Assembly: GCA_963675595.2 (NCBI GenBank) | Contig: CAXXLZ010000002.1 | Coordinates: 1,504,001 to 1,568,000 of the forward strand | Direction: 5' to 3' | DNA from: Thermodesulfobacteriota bacterium | GTDB lineage: Bacteria; Desulfobacterota; Desulfarculia; JACQYL01 | Length of the DNA stretch: 64,000 nucleotides | Notes under the pieces: model-generated | What the model saw: only the letters and a program-made list of their open reading frames with translations | What the model was told of the DNA's origin: nothing | Database searches by the model: none | Program-made: the position numbers and the translations under genes | Part shown: positions 40,073-49,653 of the stretch, piece after piece | Numbering within the stretch: the stretch's first letter is position 1 | How the letters are laid out: each line of letters begins with the position of its first letter

Positions 40073-41903
40073 CTCATCTTTGACAGTTGGAGGGTGAAAA
40101 AGTGGGCCTCTCCCGCCTAACTTACCGAAATGATTAGGCTGGCCTTTTTCCGAGGCTCCAAACGTAGTGCCAATATGTCCGATTTTTTCCTTGACTCCGC
40201 CGACCTGTATTCCGTACAATTTGTTTCATGTTTGCACGCGTCAAAAAGGTCAAAAGCGGCGGATCCGAGCATGAATATCTTCAGATCGTGGAGAACTATC
40301 GCCAGGATAAGAAGGTAAAACAGAAAGTTATATGCACGCTGGGCCGTCTCGACAGGCTCCGTGAATCGGGTGCCTTGGACGGAGTTCTTACCAGTCTCGC
40401 CAAGTTCTCCACCCAGAATCAGGTCATCAGTCTCTATAAGGAAGGTAGTGTCAAGGCGGACTGGGCCAAGTCCTGGGGAACCGTTTTGGTGATCGAGAAA
40501 CTCTGGAAGACCTTGGGGCTCGATGTGGTACTCCGATCTCTCGCTTCTCGCTCCGATTATCGCTTCGATCTAGAGCGCGCGGTCTTTGCCTGCGTCTGCC
40601 AACGCTTGGTCCGTCCGGGATCCGATCTCGCCGCGAGCCGTTGGATTCAGAACGTCCACGGTGAAGGCTTCGACGACCTGGAGCTTCAGCACCTTTATCG
40701 ATCCATGGACTTCCTGGCCGAGTATCAGCCCGAAATCGAAAAGGAACTTTTCCGTCGGGGCCGCGACCTCTTCGATTACGGGGTGGATCTCGTTTTCTTC
40801 GACACCACCTCGGTCTACTTCGAGGGCCGGGGGCCGGCCGAGTTGGCTCGATACGGGTTCTCCAAGGACCATCGTCCCGATCGGAAACAGGTGTTGGTGG
40901 GCGTCGTCATGTCCCGAAAGGGATATCCCCTTTCCTGTCAATTTTGGGAGGGCAACACGGCGGACGTTACCACCATCAAGCGCATCATCGCCCTGGTCAA
41001 GCGTCGGTTCTCCCTGAACAACGTGGTCCTGGTCTCCGACCGCGGTATGGTCGGCGTCGACAATCTGGTGGAACTGGAGCGTGCCGGTATCGACTACATC
41101 GTGGGCATCCCCATGCGCCGTTACCAGGATGTCCGAGGCCAAGTGGTGGACACTCCGGGCTACTACCAAGCGCTCACTCCCACCTTGTGGTTCAAGGAGA
41201 TTCATCTGAACGGATGCCGTTACGTCCTCTGCTACAACCAAGACCAAGCAGCCAAAGACGAGGCCACCCGATCGGCCCTTGTGGAAAAGTTGAAAACCAC
41301 CCTGAAAAAACAGGGGCCCCAGTCTCTGGTGGGAAACAAGGGCTTCAGGAAATTCATCAAACTCGACCGGGAAACCGTGCGCATCGATCCCGCCAAGGTC
41401 AAGGACGACGCCCGCTTCGACGGCAAGTATGTTCTCCTCACCAGTACCGACATTCCCGCCGATGAAGTCGCGGTCACCTACAAGCGACTGTGGCAGGTGG
41501 AAAGAGCCTTCCGGGACCTCAAATCCGCCCTGGAAGTCAGGCCCGTGTTCCATCAACGGTGTCAACGCGTTCAAGGTCACATTTTCTGCAACTTCCTGGC
41601 CCTATACCTGAAGATCGCGCTGCAGAAACAGCTCAAAACCAAAGAAATCGACATCCCTTGGGACCAGGTTCTGCTCGACCTCGACGCCTTCAAAGCCATC
41701 CATCTACAGGTCGCAGAAAAATCCTACCTCCTCAGAACGGAATTCCAAGGCGACGCCTACCGCATCTTCCAAGCCGTTGGCCTCAAACCGCCGCCCACTT
41801 TACAGACTCTCCAGGAGCACCAAAACGTAGTGCCATAAACCTTTCTTTTTCGTATAAGCAGCTGAAATTACTGCATTAGTTATTTTGAACTGTCAAAGAT
41901 CAG
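40073..41903 (+). mobile_element. IS1634-family element, copy 1
   Basis: TIR CTCATCTTTGACAGTT / AACTGTCAAAGATCAG; 5-bp TSD TCAAA; 1831 bp. Confidence 0.93.
40228..41838 (+). CDS. IS1634-family DDE transposase
   Basis: FFDTTSVYFEG, GFSKDHRPD, SDRGM, WQVERAFR. Confidence 0.93.
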   Translation: MFARVKKVKSGGSEHEYLQIVENYRQDKKVKQKVICTLGRLDRLRESGALDGVLTSLAKFSTQNQVISLYKEGSVKADWAKSWGTVLVIEKLWKTLGLDVVLRSLASRSDYRFDLERAVFACVCQRLVRPGSDLAASRWIQNVHGEGFDDLELQHLYRSMDFLAEYQPEIEKELFRRGRDLFDYGVDLVFFDTTSVYFEGRGPAELARYGFSKDHRPDRKQVLVGVVMSRKGYPLSCQFWEGNTADVTTIKRIIALVKRRFSLNNVVLVSDRGMVGVDNLVELERAGIDYIVGIPMRRYQDVRGQVVDTPGYYQALTPTLWFKEIHLNGCRYVLCYNQDQAAKDEATRSALVEKLKTTLKKQGPQSLVGNKGFRKFIKLDRETVRIDPAKVKDDARFDGKYVLLTSTDIPADEVAVTYKRLWQVERAFRDLKSALEVRPVFHQRCQRVQGHIFCNFLALYLKIALQKQLKTKEIDIPWDQVLLDLDAFKAIHLQVAEKSYLLRTEFQGDAYRIFQAVGLKPPPTLQTLQEHQNVVP

Positions 41904-43110
41904 TCAAATCCCCTTCGATTCCATAGCTATAGTACAGGTTGCGTTCCTTTTCGATTGAACGGCGGGAACCCACCTTCGTTGGAAATCCCAATGTGAAGCC
42001 TGCATCCATGCCTTCAACAGAAAAGAGCTGGTTTCCAAACGGCCAGATCACACTACCGGTCACGCGGCCTGTAGATAGATCAACAATATGGATGCCGCAG
42101 ACGCTGGAGTCCATATCCACACCCGGGGCGTATTGTCGAAACCGGGGTGATACTCGAGATGTTCCAACAAACGCATACGACCCGATCATGTAAAGGCCGC
42201 GCGTCCATCCGGGAAGTTGGATAAAGGGTCGCCAAGCGCGATCTTCAACAAACCCCAATTCGCCGTAACCGCTGTTGTCCACCCAAATCCGCCCATGATG
42301 AATCCTGACTGAATGAGGGCGCGTCAGTCCCTTGACAATCGGTTCCCGGGTCATGCCGGAAAAAACGACCCCTTGTTTGTCGACCTTGAAGTTCTTGTGC
42401 CCCGGCCTGCGTGATGAGATTCGGTCGGTTGAAGCTGAAAAATAGGATGAGCCGATATCTGCTCCCGCGGCGATGGAATTGAGCTGTAGATAATTCCCAC
42501 CAAAGATGATCCGACCGTCCCTTTCGATGCATTTGGGCCACCAAACTCGTTGATAGCGCCCATCATCGGATATTCGAATCACCGCGTTGTGGCCCACGGC
42601 ATTTGCATGCAACTCCTGGCCGATAATCGCCAAATCGTGCAGATAGGTACAACCGGGGAAGAATTGACACCGAACCGGAACAAGTGGATTCAACGAAATA
42701 TAGGAATCCAACACACCGGGTTTGACATCCAAGCGGTCCAGAAATCCGGCTACCGGTTGAAAAGAAAAGACCTGATTGGGGTTGCGAGAGCCGGCGATGA
42801 ACAGCGTATTCTTCTCGGGGTGGAAAACCATCCCTGAAGGGTGAGGCAACGGATAGAATGAAACCCGGGGAGTTGACCCTACCACCCCGAACGCCAAGAT
42901 AAGATGTTCGTATTCCCTCGTGACGAACAGGGTGATTCCCAGTTCGGCAATCACCTGCCACCATTGTCCATGAATTCGGCATTCAAACAATTTGGAATCC
43001 ATGGAAGCAATGTTCGGGATTTGCGACGGAATTTCCAAAGGGTCGCGCCAAGCGTCCTCATGCTTCGAGCAAAGTCGGTCGGTCGGATTTTGTGGTTTCG
43101 AATCGGTCAT
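41893..43110 (-). CDS. TIGR03032/DUF4915-like uncharacterised protein
   Basis: LHDL, LQLNSIA, GLTRPHSVR, VDNSGYG, LPGWTRGL, AFVGTS motifs; ATGA overlap with GT2; last codons supplied by the IS. Confidence 0.75.
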   Translation of the reverse strand: MTDSKPQNPTDRLCSKHEDAWRDPLEIPSQIPNIASMDSKLFECRIHGQWWQVIAELGITLFVTREYEHLILAFGVVGSTPRVSFYPLPHPSGMVFHPEKNTLFIAGSRNPNQVFSFQPVAGFLDRLDVKPGVLDSYISLNPLVPVRCQFFPGCTYLHDLAIIGQELHANAVGHNAVIRISDDGRYQRVWWPKCIERDGRIIFGGNYLQLNSIAAGADIGSSYFSASTDRISSRRPGHKNFKVDKQGVVFSGMTREPIVKGLTRPHSVRIHHGRIWVDNSGYGELGFVEDRAWRPFIQLPGWTRGLYMIGSYAFVGTSRVSPRFRQYAPGVDMDSSVCGIHIVDLSTGRVTGSVIWPFGNQLFSVEGMDAGFTLGFPTKVGSRRSIEKERNLYYSYGIEGDLTDL

Positions 43111-43802
43111 TTCCCGCCTTTTCGAGATTGAACCCACATCTTATAGGCCCCTAAATACAGATGTAACGCCGACTTCAGCCGGGTCGTGGATTTTCCGCCA
43201 TGCCGGCAGGAAGAAAGAATAGGCACTTCAAGCATCGGGTATCGGTATCGACGGCAAATCACACTAAATTCCAGATCGATCAAATCTCCATCCTGCGTAA
43301 GCTCCGACAACTGCTTGAAGCTGCGAGGAAAGACTTTCGGAGTACCGTTGATGTCCCAATAGGGCAAATCAAATAAAATCCTGCACTCCAGATTATACAA
43401 AAGCGACCCCACCCGTCGAAAAGCACTCTCTCGGATTTTCCGGTTGGCCTTGATGACCTTGTCGGCGTTCCTACTCCCGTACCGCAGTAAAAGGGCTAAG
43501 TCTCCGGCGCTGGTGCGAGCCGAGTTGGCGTAGCATAACAGGTCGCCTTGAGCGGCCCGCAACCCCGTCTTTACGGCCAAGCCCCAGCCGCCGGCTTCAA
43601 GATTTAGTGCCCGAACTTCCGAGAATCGCCGAGTGAGGGTCTTACAGACATCAAATGAAGCATCCTGAGAGCCATTGACCACCAACAAAATCTCATACTC
43701 GAAATCCACGGATTGCAGCGCCCGCAGGCAATCAATTCCGATCCGTTCAATGTGATCCGCTTGATTGTGCACGGGTAAAACAATGGAAACCAAAGGCGGC
43801 AT
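43107..43802 (-). CDS. Family 2 glycosyltransferase (Dol-P-mannose synthase-like)
   Basis: VSIVLPVHN, EILLVVNGSQD, GWGLAVKTG. Confidence 0.85.
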   Translation of the reverse strand: MPPLVSIVLPVHNQADHIERIGIDCLRALQSVDFEYEILLVVNGSQDASFDVCKTLTRRFSEVRALNLEAGGWGLAVKTGLRAAQGDLLCYANSARTSAGDLALLLRYGSRNADKVIKANRKIRESAFRRVGSLLYNLECRILFDLPYWDINGTPKVFPRSFKQLSELTQDGDLIDLEFSVICRRYRYPMLEVPILSSCRHGGKSTTRLKSALHLYLGAYKMWVQSRKGGK

Positions 43803-43891
43803 AGGATCGAGTTCTCTTCGGAACGAAGTCGCGGTTCATCGTTCGAATTTAGGAATATACGGCATAATCTCGATTTCAAGGCGGGGAAGAG

Positions 43892-43981
43892 TTCACAGGG
43901 GAGGACTTTAGAGAAAGCCCTCCCCCGCGCCCCCCAAAGCACTTTGGACAGGCCTCACCGCCTTCGGCGGAGAGGCTGAGG
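43892..43981 (-). repeat. Repeat family B, reverse copy
   Basis: Reverse complement CCTCAGCCTCTCCGCCGAAGGCGGTGAGGCCTG...CTCCCCTGTGAA. Confidence 0.78.
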
Positions 43982-44087
43982 CCGCAGTCGGCTCACCTCA
44001 CCCATCTCCAACGTTCCTTACAGCTGCTGAATCCGCGAAGTTCCTCCCAAGTCCGACTTTGTCACGCGTCAGCGGGGCAAAGCCCGC

Positions 44088-44149
44088 GTTAGGGGGTCCG
44101 GGATGACGGTGTTCCCCCGGGGAACCAATAGAGAAGTTCCCCCCGTGAA
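44088..44149 (+). repeat. Inverted-repeat arm downstream of the epimerase
   Basis: GTTAGGGGGTCCGGGATGACGGTGTTCCCCCGG...AACCAATAGAGAAGTTCCCCCCGTGAA matches the reverse complement of 45249-45318. Confidence 0.75.
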
Positions 44150-44198
44150 TGATTGCGGAAAAATCGCCCGGCCATGCAACCGGCCGCCCCGAAAATAC

Positions 44199-45233
44199 TT
44201 ACCCGTCTTCCTTCTTACGCGGCTCATCGAAAGAGATCCGACCTGCAGCCGCCTCTTCCCGGCGGGCGCAAAGTTGAAGGCCCTCCACAAAGCCGATCTC
44301 GCTTTGCCACCCCATTTTTTGAAAGGCCAATTCCGGATTTCCATACCAGTGCGGAAGGTCCCATTTTCGGGAGGCCATGGAATCGAATTCCGGCTCCGAA
44401 GAGAGGGCGAAGACTTTCTTCGCCGCCTCGGCCACATCCTCCAGCGTGGTTTCGACTCCCGAGGCAATGTTGACGGAGAGACCCGGGTCCGTTTTGGAGA
44501 TGGTGCACGCCGCCCTGGTGAACGCCCGCGTGACGTCGTCCACATAAACAAAATCCCGAGAAGTGTTCTTATGGGCGAAGGGGGGCCATCGGCCTTTCAA
44601 ACCATGGGAAACGAGCGTGGGGATCAGCCGGTCTCTTTCTTCCCACGGTCCGTACACGGAATAGAGCCGAAGTTGGACGCACGGTAGTTTGAGCACCTGT
44701 CCGTAGTACTTGATGAGGTATGAACAGGAGACTTTGGACACCGCGTAATCGCTGTTGGGAATCATCTCGCTCGATTCATCCGGACGGGAGCAGTTGAGTC
44801 CGTACTCCGAGGAGGAACCCGCATGGATCAGGGCGGAGCAGCCCACGTCGCGGAGTGCTTGCAGCACATTGGTCAAACCCATGTAGTTGGTTTCGTGGAT
44901 GGAACGCGCATCGGTCTGCCGGGGATAGGCTCCATAAGCGGCCAGATGAAACACTGTCCGGGGATGGATTTTTCGCAGCGTCCGTAATACCGCCCCGCCG
45001 TCGGTCACGTCCATGGAAACCAGGTCTTCGTCGGAAGCATGCCGCAGCCGCCAAGCCCCTTGCGGGCTCCTTGAGCAAGCAAAAACATCCGTTCGAATTC
45101 GCCTCAGGCTATGGAACAGATTGGCTCCGATAAAGCCGGAACCACCAATGATCAAGATGGGCCCCGGCACATTTCGAGCATCCTCCACGGCATTCTCGTC
45201 CCACATGTCGAACAGCAGGTCGGAGTTCAACAT
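44199..45233 (-). CDS. NAD-dependent epimerase/dehydratase (extended SDR)
   Basis: GGSGFIG, SSSEYG, YAVSK, VYGP, RDFVYVDD. Confidence 0.92.
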   Translation of the reverse strand: MLNSDLLFDMWDENAVEDARNVPGPILIIGGSGFIGANLFHSLRRIRTDVFACSRSPQGAWRLRHASDEDLVSMDVTDGGAVLRTLRKIHPRTVFHLAAYGAYPRQTDARSIHETNYMGLTNVLQALRDVGCSALIHAGSSSEYGLNCSRPDESSEMIPNSDYAVSKVSCSYLIKYYGQVLKLPCVQLRLYSVYGPWEERDRLIPTLVSHGLKGRWPPFAHKNTSRDFVYVDDVTRAFTRAACTISKTDPGLSVNIASGVETTLEDVAEAAKKVFALSSEPEFDSMASRKWDLPHWYGNPELAFQKMGWQSEIGFVEGLQLCARREEAAAGRISFDEPRKKEDG

Positions 45234-45248
45234 AACCCTCTGTCACCC

Positions 45249-45318
45249 TTCACGGGGGGGAACTTCTGTATTGGTTTACACCGTCTCCGGGGGAACGCCA
45301 TCAGCCCGCCCCCCTGAC
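45249..45318 (-). repeat. Inverted-repeat arm upstream of the epimerase
   Basis: TTCACGGGGGGGAACTTCTGTATTGGTT...CCGGGGGAACGCCATCAGCCCGCCCCCCTGAC. Confidence 0.75.
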
Positions 45319-45450
45319 GCTGCCTTCGTAAGACGCAACGCTTTCGCCGACATATCCGTTGATTGCGGACGTGAAAACTTGTGCGGAGAGCGCCCTTGAA
45401 CTCGGTTGCGATGCGAAGGGAGCAACCCGCTCAACAAGTTGTGGGAAGGG

Positions 45451-45484
45451 TTCGGGAAACCCTTTTGGAAAAGGGTTTCCCGAA
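45451..45484. repeat. Repeat family C perfect palindrome
   Basis: TTCGGGAAACCCTTTT-GG-AAAAGGGTTTCCCGAA. Confidence 0.8.
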
Positions 45485-45508
45485 TACCCGGTGAACGAGT
45501 ACACCCGT

Positions 45509-46438
45509 CTATCCGTGCTGGCGACCTAATTCGTTCAATACGACGTCCGCCAAAGCCTCGGCGGATATGCCGTGCAGCTTCTCCATATAGCTTCTGCTTC
45601 CCGTCAACCCAAGCGGCGTCTTTCCGACGCCACACCGGACGATTCGGCATGGAATCCCTTCTTCGGCAATGATTTCGGAGACCAAAGAGCCCGCCCCGCC
45701 CACCCTGCCGTGTGCCTCGATGACGACTCCCAGGTCGAATTGCGAAAGAGTCTCGATGATCCGCTCTCTCGGGGGAGGAGATATGCAGGAAAGAAGCATC
45801 ACCGCGGGCCGGACTCCATGATTCGTCAGCATGTCGGCGGCCTTGAGGCCTTCAAGCACGGCGGCGCCCATGCCGATAAGAACAACGTCGTCGCCTTGTC
45901 TGACGACCTGTGCGTCTCCCAGGGCAAAACGTCCCTCCAATCCGGGAACAAGCACGGTCTCATCCTTGCTCAGCCTGTAATAGGTCGGGCCGTCAAGATT
46001 CCAGGTCTTTTCCAGGGCGGACACCGCTTGCTCGCAATCGCCGGGAGTCACAATGCTGAGACCCGGCAGGGTCCGCAAAATCCCGACATCTTCGAGTCCA
46101 TAATGAGTCGCCCCGGCACTGCCGTAATCGAATCCCCCGCCCACACCGATCATCCGTACCGCGAAACCGTGATGGACGGGGCCGTTTCTGATGAATTCGA
46201 AGGCGCGCATCGTGAGGAACGAAGCCATGGAGTACACGAAAGGAATGAAACCGGACTCCGCCATGCCCGTGGCAACTCCCACCATATTCTGTTCGGCGAC
46301 GCCCATGTTGAAATAGCGGTCCGGATGACGCTCCGCGAATGTTTCCAGTACGGTGTAGCCCACATCCGCCGTGAGAAGCACGATTCTATCGTCTGTCTCG
46401 GCCAGAGACGTCAACGCTTGAATGAACGGTCGTCTCAT
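45509..46438 (-). CDS. Split transketolase, C-terminal subunit
   Basis: MGVAEQNM, RAFEFIRN, GATH, YYRL. Confidence 0.9.
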   Translation of the reverse strand: MRRPFIQALTSLAETDDRIVLLTADVGYTVLETFAERHPDRYFNMGVAEQNMVGVATGMAESGFIPFVYSMASFLTMRAFEFIRNGPVHHGFAVRMIGVGGGFDYGSAGATHYGLEDVGILRTLPGLSIVTPGDCEQAVSALEKTWNLDGPTYYRLSKDETVLVPGLEGRFALGDAQVVRQGDDVVLIGMGAAVLEGLKAADMLTNHGVRPAVMLLSCISPPPRERIIETLSQFDLGVVIEAHGRVGGAGSLVSEIIAEEGIPCRIVRCGVGKTPLGLTGSRSYMEKLHGISAEALADVVLNELGRQHG

Positions 46439-47235
46439 ATCGAAAGTGCCGGTTCTCTCATCGCCGTATCAAATTCATCGTCGGACATGGGCCAATAATG
46501 CCACTTGATCCGCCGTTCCATATAGGAGACTCCCTTACCGGAGATGGTATGGGCGATGATGATTTTCGGTCTGTCCTGAATCGGCTCGATGCGATCAAAA
46601 CAATGGATCAAGTCTTCGGTGCTGTGACCATCGACCTCCGCAACGTGCCATCCGAAGGCCTTCCATTTATCACCCATCGGCGCCGGCGACAGCACGTCAT
46701 CCGTGTAGCCGAACGCCTGCTGACCATTATAGTCAAGAACGGCCGTCAAATTCGACAGCTTGTGGTGAGCGGCAAAAAGAGCGGCCTCCCAAATGGATCC
46801 CTCGTTGCACTCGGCGTCGCTGATGAGGACATAAACCCGGCGCGACGATTCCCGCAGCCCGGCCGCCAGCGCGGACCCTATGGCATAGCTCAAGCCGTGC
46901 CCTAATGACCCGGTTGAGAAGTCGATCCATTCGGCACGATGATCGGGATGTACGCCTAATAAACTTTCATCCTCACAGTATCGTGATAGTTCTTCCGACG
47001 AAATATGCCCTAACAGGTGAAGAATTGAGTACAGCGTTATGGCTGCATGGCCCTTGGACAGGATCAATCGATCCCTGTCATTGTCCTTAGGCGACTCGAT
47101 TCGTAGTATATTCCCATAAAGGACGGCCAAAATCTCCACAACAGACAGCGCGGATCCTATATGTCCAACGTTTGCACGCTTGCATTGCTCCAGGATTAGA
47201 CGTCGCACCTGAGCCGGCTTGATGTCGTTTTTCAT
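46435..47235 (-). CDS. Split transketolase, N-terminal TPP-binding subunit
   Basis: GHIGSALS, DRLILSKGH, STGSLGHG, SDAECNEG...N, GKG. Confidence 0.9.
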   Translation of the reverse strand: MKNDIKPAQVRRLILEQCKRANVGHIGSALSVVEILAVLYGNILRIESPKDNDRDRLILSKGHAAITLYSILHLLGHISSEELSRYCEDESLLGVHPDHRAEWIDFSTGSLGHGLSYAIGSALAAGLRESSRRVYVLISDAECNEGSIWEAALFAAHHKLSNLTAVLDYNGQQAFGYTDDVLSPAPMGDKWKAFGWHVAEVDGHSTEDLIHCFDRIEPIQDRPKIIIAHTISGKGVSYMERRIKWHYWPMSDDEFDTAMREPALSI

Positions 47236-47374
47236 CGGGCTCCCACCTTGTGGTTTCGCTAACCTAAAACTGACCCACCTGTGGAGGGAACGCTAACGGA
47301 AAATTGACCCACCTGTGATCAGGCCCTGATAAGTGGGATGAAGGAAGCAAAGACCGCTTGTCGGGGGTGAGGAG

Positions 47375-48880
47375 ATGCTGACGGTGGATCAATACGGCTA
47401 CGTTAGGACGGCACATCGGGTGTACGGCAAGGGGATCAGGGAGATCGCCCGAGAGACGGGGCACTCCAGGAACACGATCAAGAGAGCATTGCGGGAGGAG
47501 TACGGCGGTTACGGCGAGAGGCGACATCAGCCCTATCCTTCTTTGGGGCCGTTTCTCAAAACGATCGACGGTTGGCTGACGGAAGACCGGGAGCGGCCTC
47601 GGAAGCAGCGACATACGGCGGCGCGGATTTACCATCGATTGAGGAAGGAGCATGGATTCGAGGGCGGGGAGAGCACGGTGAGACGTTACGTGCGTGAAGC
47701 GCGAAGGCGGTTGGGCGTGGGTGAACCCCGGGTCTTTATTCCCCTTGAGCCCGATCTCGGTATGGAGGCCGAGGTGGATTGGGGCGGCTGCCACGCCGTT
47801 GTGGCCGGAGAGTGCGTGAAGCTCAAGCTGTTTTGCATGCGTTCCAAGGGCAGCGGCAAACCGTTTGTACGCTGTTTTCCATGCGAACGGCAACAGGCGC
47901 TGTTTGAAGGACACATGGAAGCCTTTGCCTTCTACGGAGGAGTCTTCCGGCGGTTGATCTACGACAACCTGACCACCGCGGTGGAGAGGGTGTTCAAAGG
48001 CAAGAAACGCAAGCTTCAGGAAAGCTTCGAGCGATTTCGGGCGTACTACGGCTTTGTGCCCCGATTCTGCAATCGCGGCCAAGCGCATGAGAAGGGAGGA
48101 GTGGAAGGACTCGTAGGCTATGCTCGACGGAATTTTCTGGTGCCCGTGCCGGAAGTGGGGAGCCTGGAGGAACTCAACGCGCAGCTCTTGGCGGAATGCG
48201 CCTCCTACGGAGACCACCGCATCACGGGTCGGGAAAAGACCGTCGAGGAGCTTTTCCAGGAGGAGAAAGGGCTTCTGATACCGCTTCCGGAGATTCCCTT
48301 CGCCAACGTGGAAGTCGTTTCCGGCAAGGTGGACAAGTACTCCACGGTGATCGTCGAGAAGAACCGTTATTCGGCGCCGCCTCGCTTCGTGGGTCTCATG
48401 ACTCGCGTGATGTTGTACGTGGACCGGGTGGAGGTTTTCTACGGAGGCCGAAGGATCGCCGTGCATCCTCGACATTACGGCAACAACAAATGGCGGCTCG
48501 ATCCCATGCACTACCTGGAGTTGCTGCATCGTCGTCCCCAAGCCTTCGCCGACGCCCGGCCGATCCGCCAATGGAGAGCCGTCTGGCCGCCCTCCCTGGA
48601 AAGACTCCTGGAACGATTTTGTGAAGCTCAGGGCGAAAATCGCGGGATCAAAGACTTCATCGGGGTGTTGAGGCTCTTCCGGGAACATGAGGAAAGGGAC
48701 GTGTTTGATGCCGTGGAAGCGGCCGTGGGAGCCGGAGTGAGTTCACGGGAGGCGGTGGAACACCTTCTGATCATGTCCGAAGGCAAAGATCACGCCTCCC
48801 GGCCCGCCTCCCTTGACGCGTGGCCGACGTTTTCACCGCCGGATGTTTCCGTGTACTCGCGGATCGGAGCGCTGTCATGA
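47375..48880 (+). CDS. istA: IS21 transposase
   Basis: HTH, EAEVDWG, YDN, EKGGVE. Confidence 0.93.
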   Translation: MLTVDQYGYVRTAHRVYGKGIREIARETGHSRNTIKRALREEYGGYGERRHQPYPSLGPFLKTIDGWLTEDRERPRKQRHTAARIYHRLRKEHGFEGGESTVRRYVREARRRLGVGEPRVFIPLEPDLGMEAEVDWGGCHAVVAGECVKLKLFCMRSKGSGKPFVRCFPCERQQALFEGHMEAFAFYGGVFRRLIYDNLTTAVERVFKGKKRKLQESFERFRAYYGFVPRFCNRGQAHEKGGVEGLVGYARRNFLVPVPEVGSLEELNAQLLAECASYGDHRITGREKTVEELFQEEKGLLIPLPEIPFANVEVVSGKVDKYSTVIVEKNRYSAPPRFVGLMTRVMLYVDRVEVFYGGRRIAVHPRHYGNNKWRLDPMHYLELLHRRPQAFADARPIRQWRAVWPPSLERLLERFCEAQGENRGIKDFIGVLRLFREHEERDVFDAVEAAVGAGVSSREAVEHLLIMSEGKDHASRPASLDAWPTFSPPDVSVYSRIGALS

Positions 48881-49653
48881 AACCGGCCGTTCAAGCCCAG
48901 TTAACGGCCAATCTGAAAATCCTGAAGCTCTCCGCCGTCCTGAGCCATCTGGAAACGCAGTTGCGCCAAGCGCGGGAAAACAAGGAGGATTATGCGGAGT
49001 TCCTCCTTGGACTGAGTGAACTGGAAGTGGCGGCTCGAATGGAGAACGGCTGCAAACGCCGGATCCACGACGCCCGTTTCCCGCTGCTCAAGCCCATGGA
49101 GAGCTTCCGGTTCGAGGCGGCACCGGAACTCGATGTGCGGAAAATCCGGGAACTTCTTGAAGGGCAATACATCCGGGAGGCCCGCAACGTCATCTTTCTG
49201 GGCCGGAGCGGCACGGGAAAGACCCACCTGGCCACGGCCCTCGGAATGGCCGCCTGCCGACAAGGAGTACGAACCCGATTCCTGACCGGCTGTTCCTTGG
49301 CCAATGAACTGATTGAAGCCCGGGACGAAAAGGTCCTGGGCCGGGTCATGAAACGATATGCTTCCTACGGTCTGTTGATCGTAGATGAACTGGGGTATGT
49401 GCCCCTGTCCAGGGAAGGGGCGGAGCTGCTTTTCCAGGTCCTTGCCGAGCGGCATGAAAAGAAGCCCGTGATCATCACGACGAATCTCGGCTTCGGCGAC
49501 TGGACGCAGATCTTCGGGGATCCGACCTTGACCGCGGCGCTACTGGACCGGGTGACGCACAAGGCCCACATTATTTCCTGTTCCTGGGAGAGCTATCGTT
49601 TGAAGGACACGCTCAAGAAAAGGCAGCCGCCTCAAGACCGGGTTCTCGGCTGA
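48877..49653 (+). CDS. istB: IS21 AAA+ helper ATPase
   Basis: GRSGTGKT, VDELGY, TTN, LDR; ATGA overlap. Confidence 0.93.
   Translation: MKPAVQAQLTANLKILKLSAVLSHLETQLRQARENKEDYAEFLLGLSELEVAARMENGCKRRIHDARFPLLKPMESFRFEAAPELDVRKIRELLEGQYIREARNVIFLGRSGTGKTHLATALGMAACRQGVRTRFLTGCSLANELIEARDEKVLGRVMKRYASYGLLIVDELGYVPLSREGAELLFQVLAERHEKKPVIITTNLGFGDWTQIFGDPTLTAALLDRVTHKAHIISCSWESYRLKDTLKKRQPPQDRVLG

Noticed and set aside
40064-40219. N-terminal extension of the 360-aa ORF 39137..40219
   Set aside because: It lies inside the IS1634 end; the same peptide recurs at 60311 in copy 2
45509-47235. Split transketolase as the missing pentose phosphate transketolase
   Set aside because: It is embedded with SDR/GT2 genes about 15 kb from zwf/gnd; a glycan role fits better but is not proven
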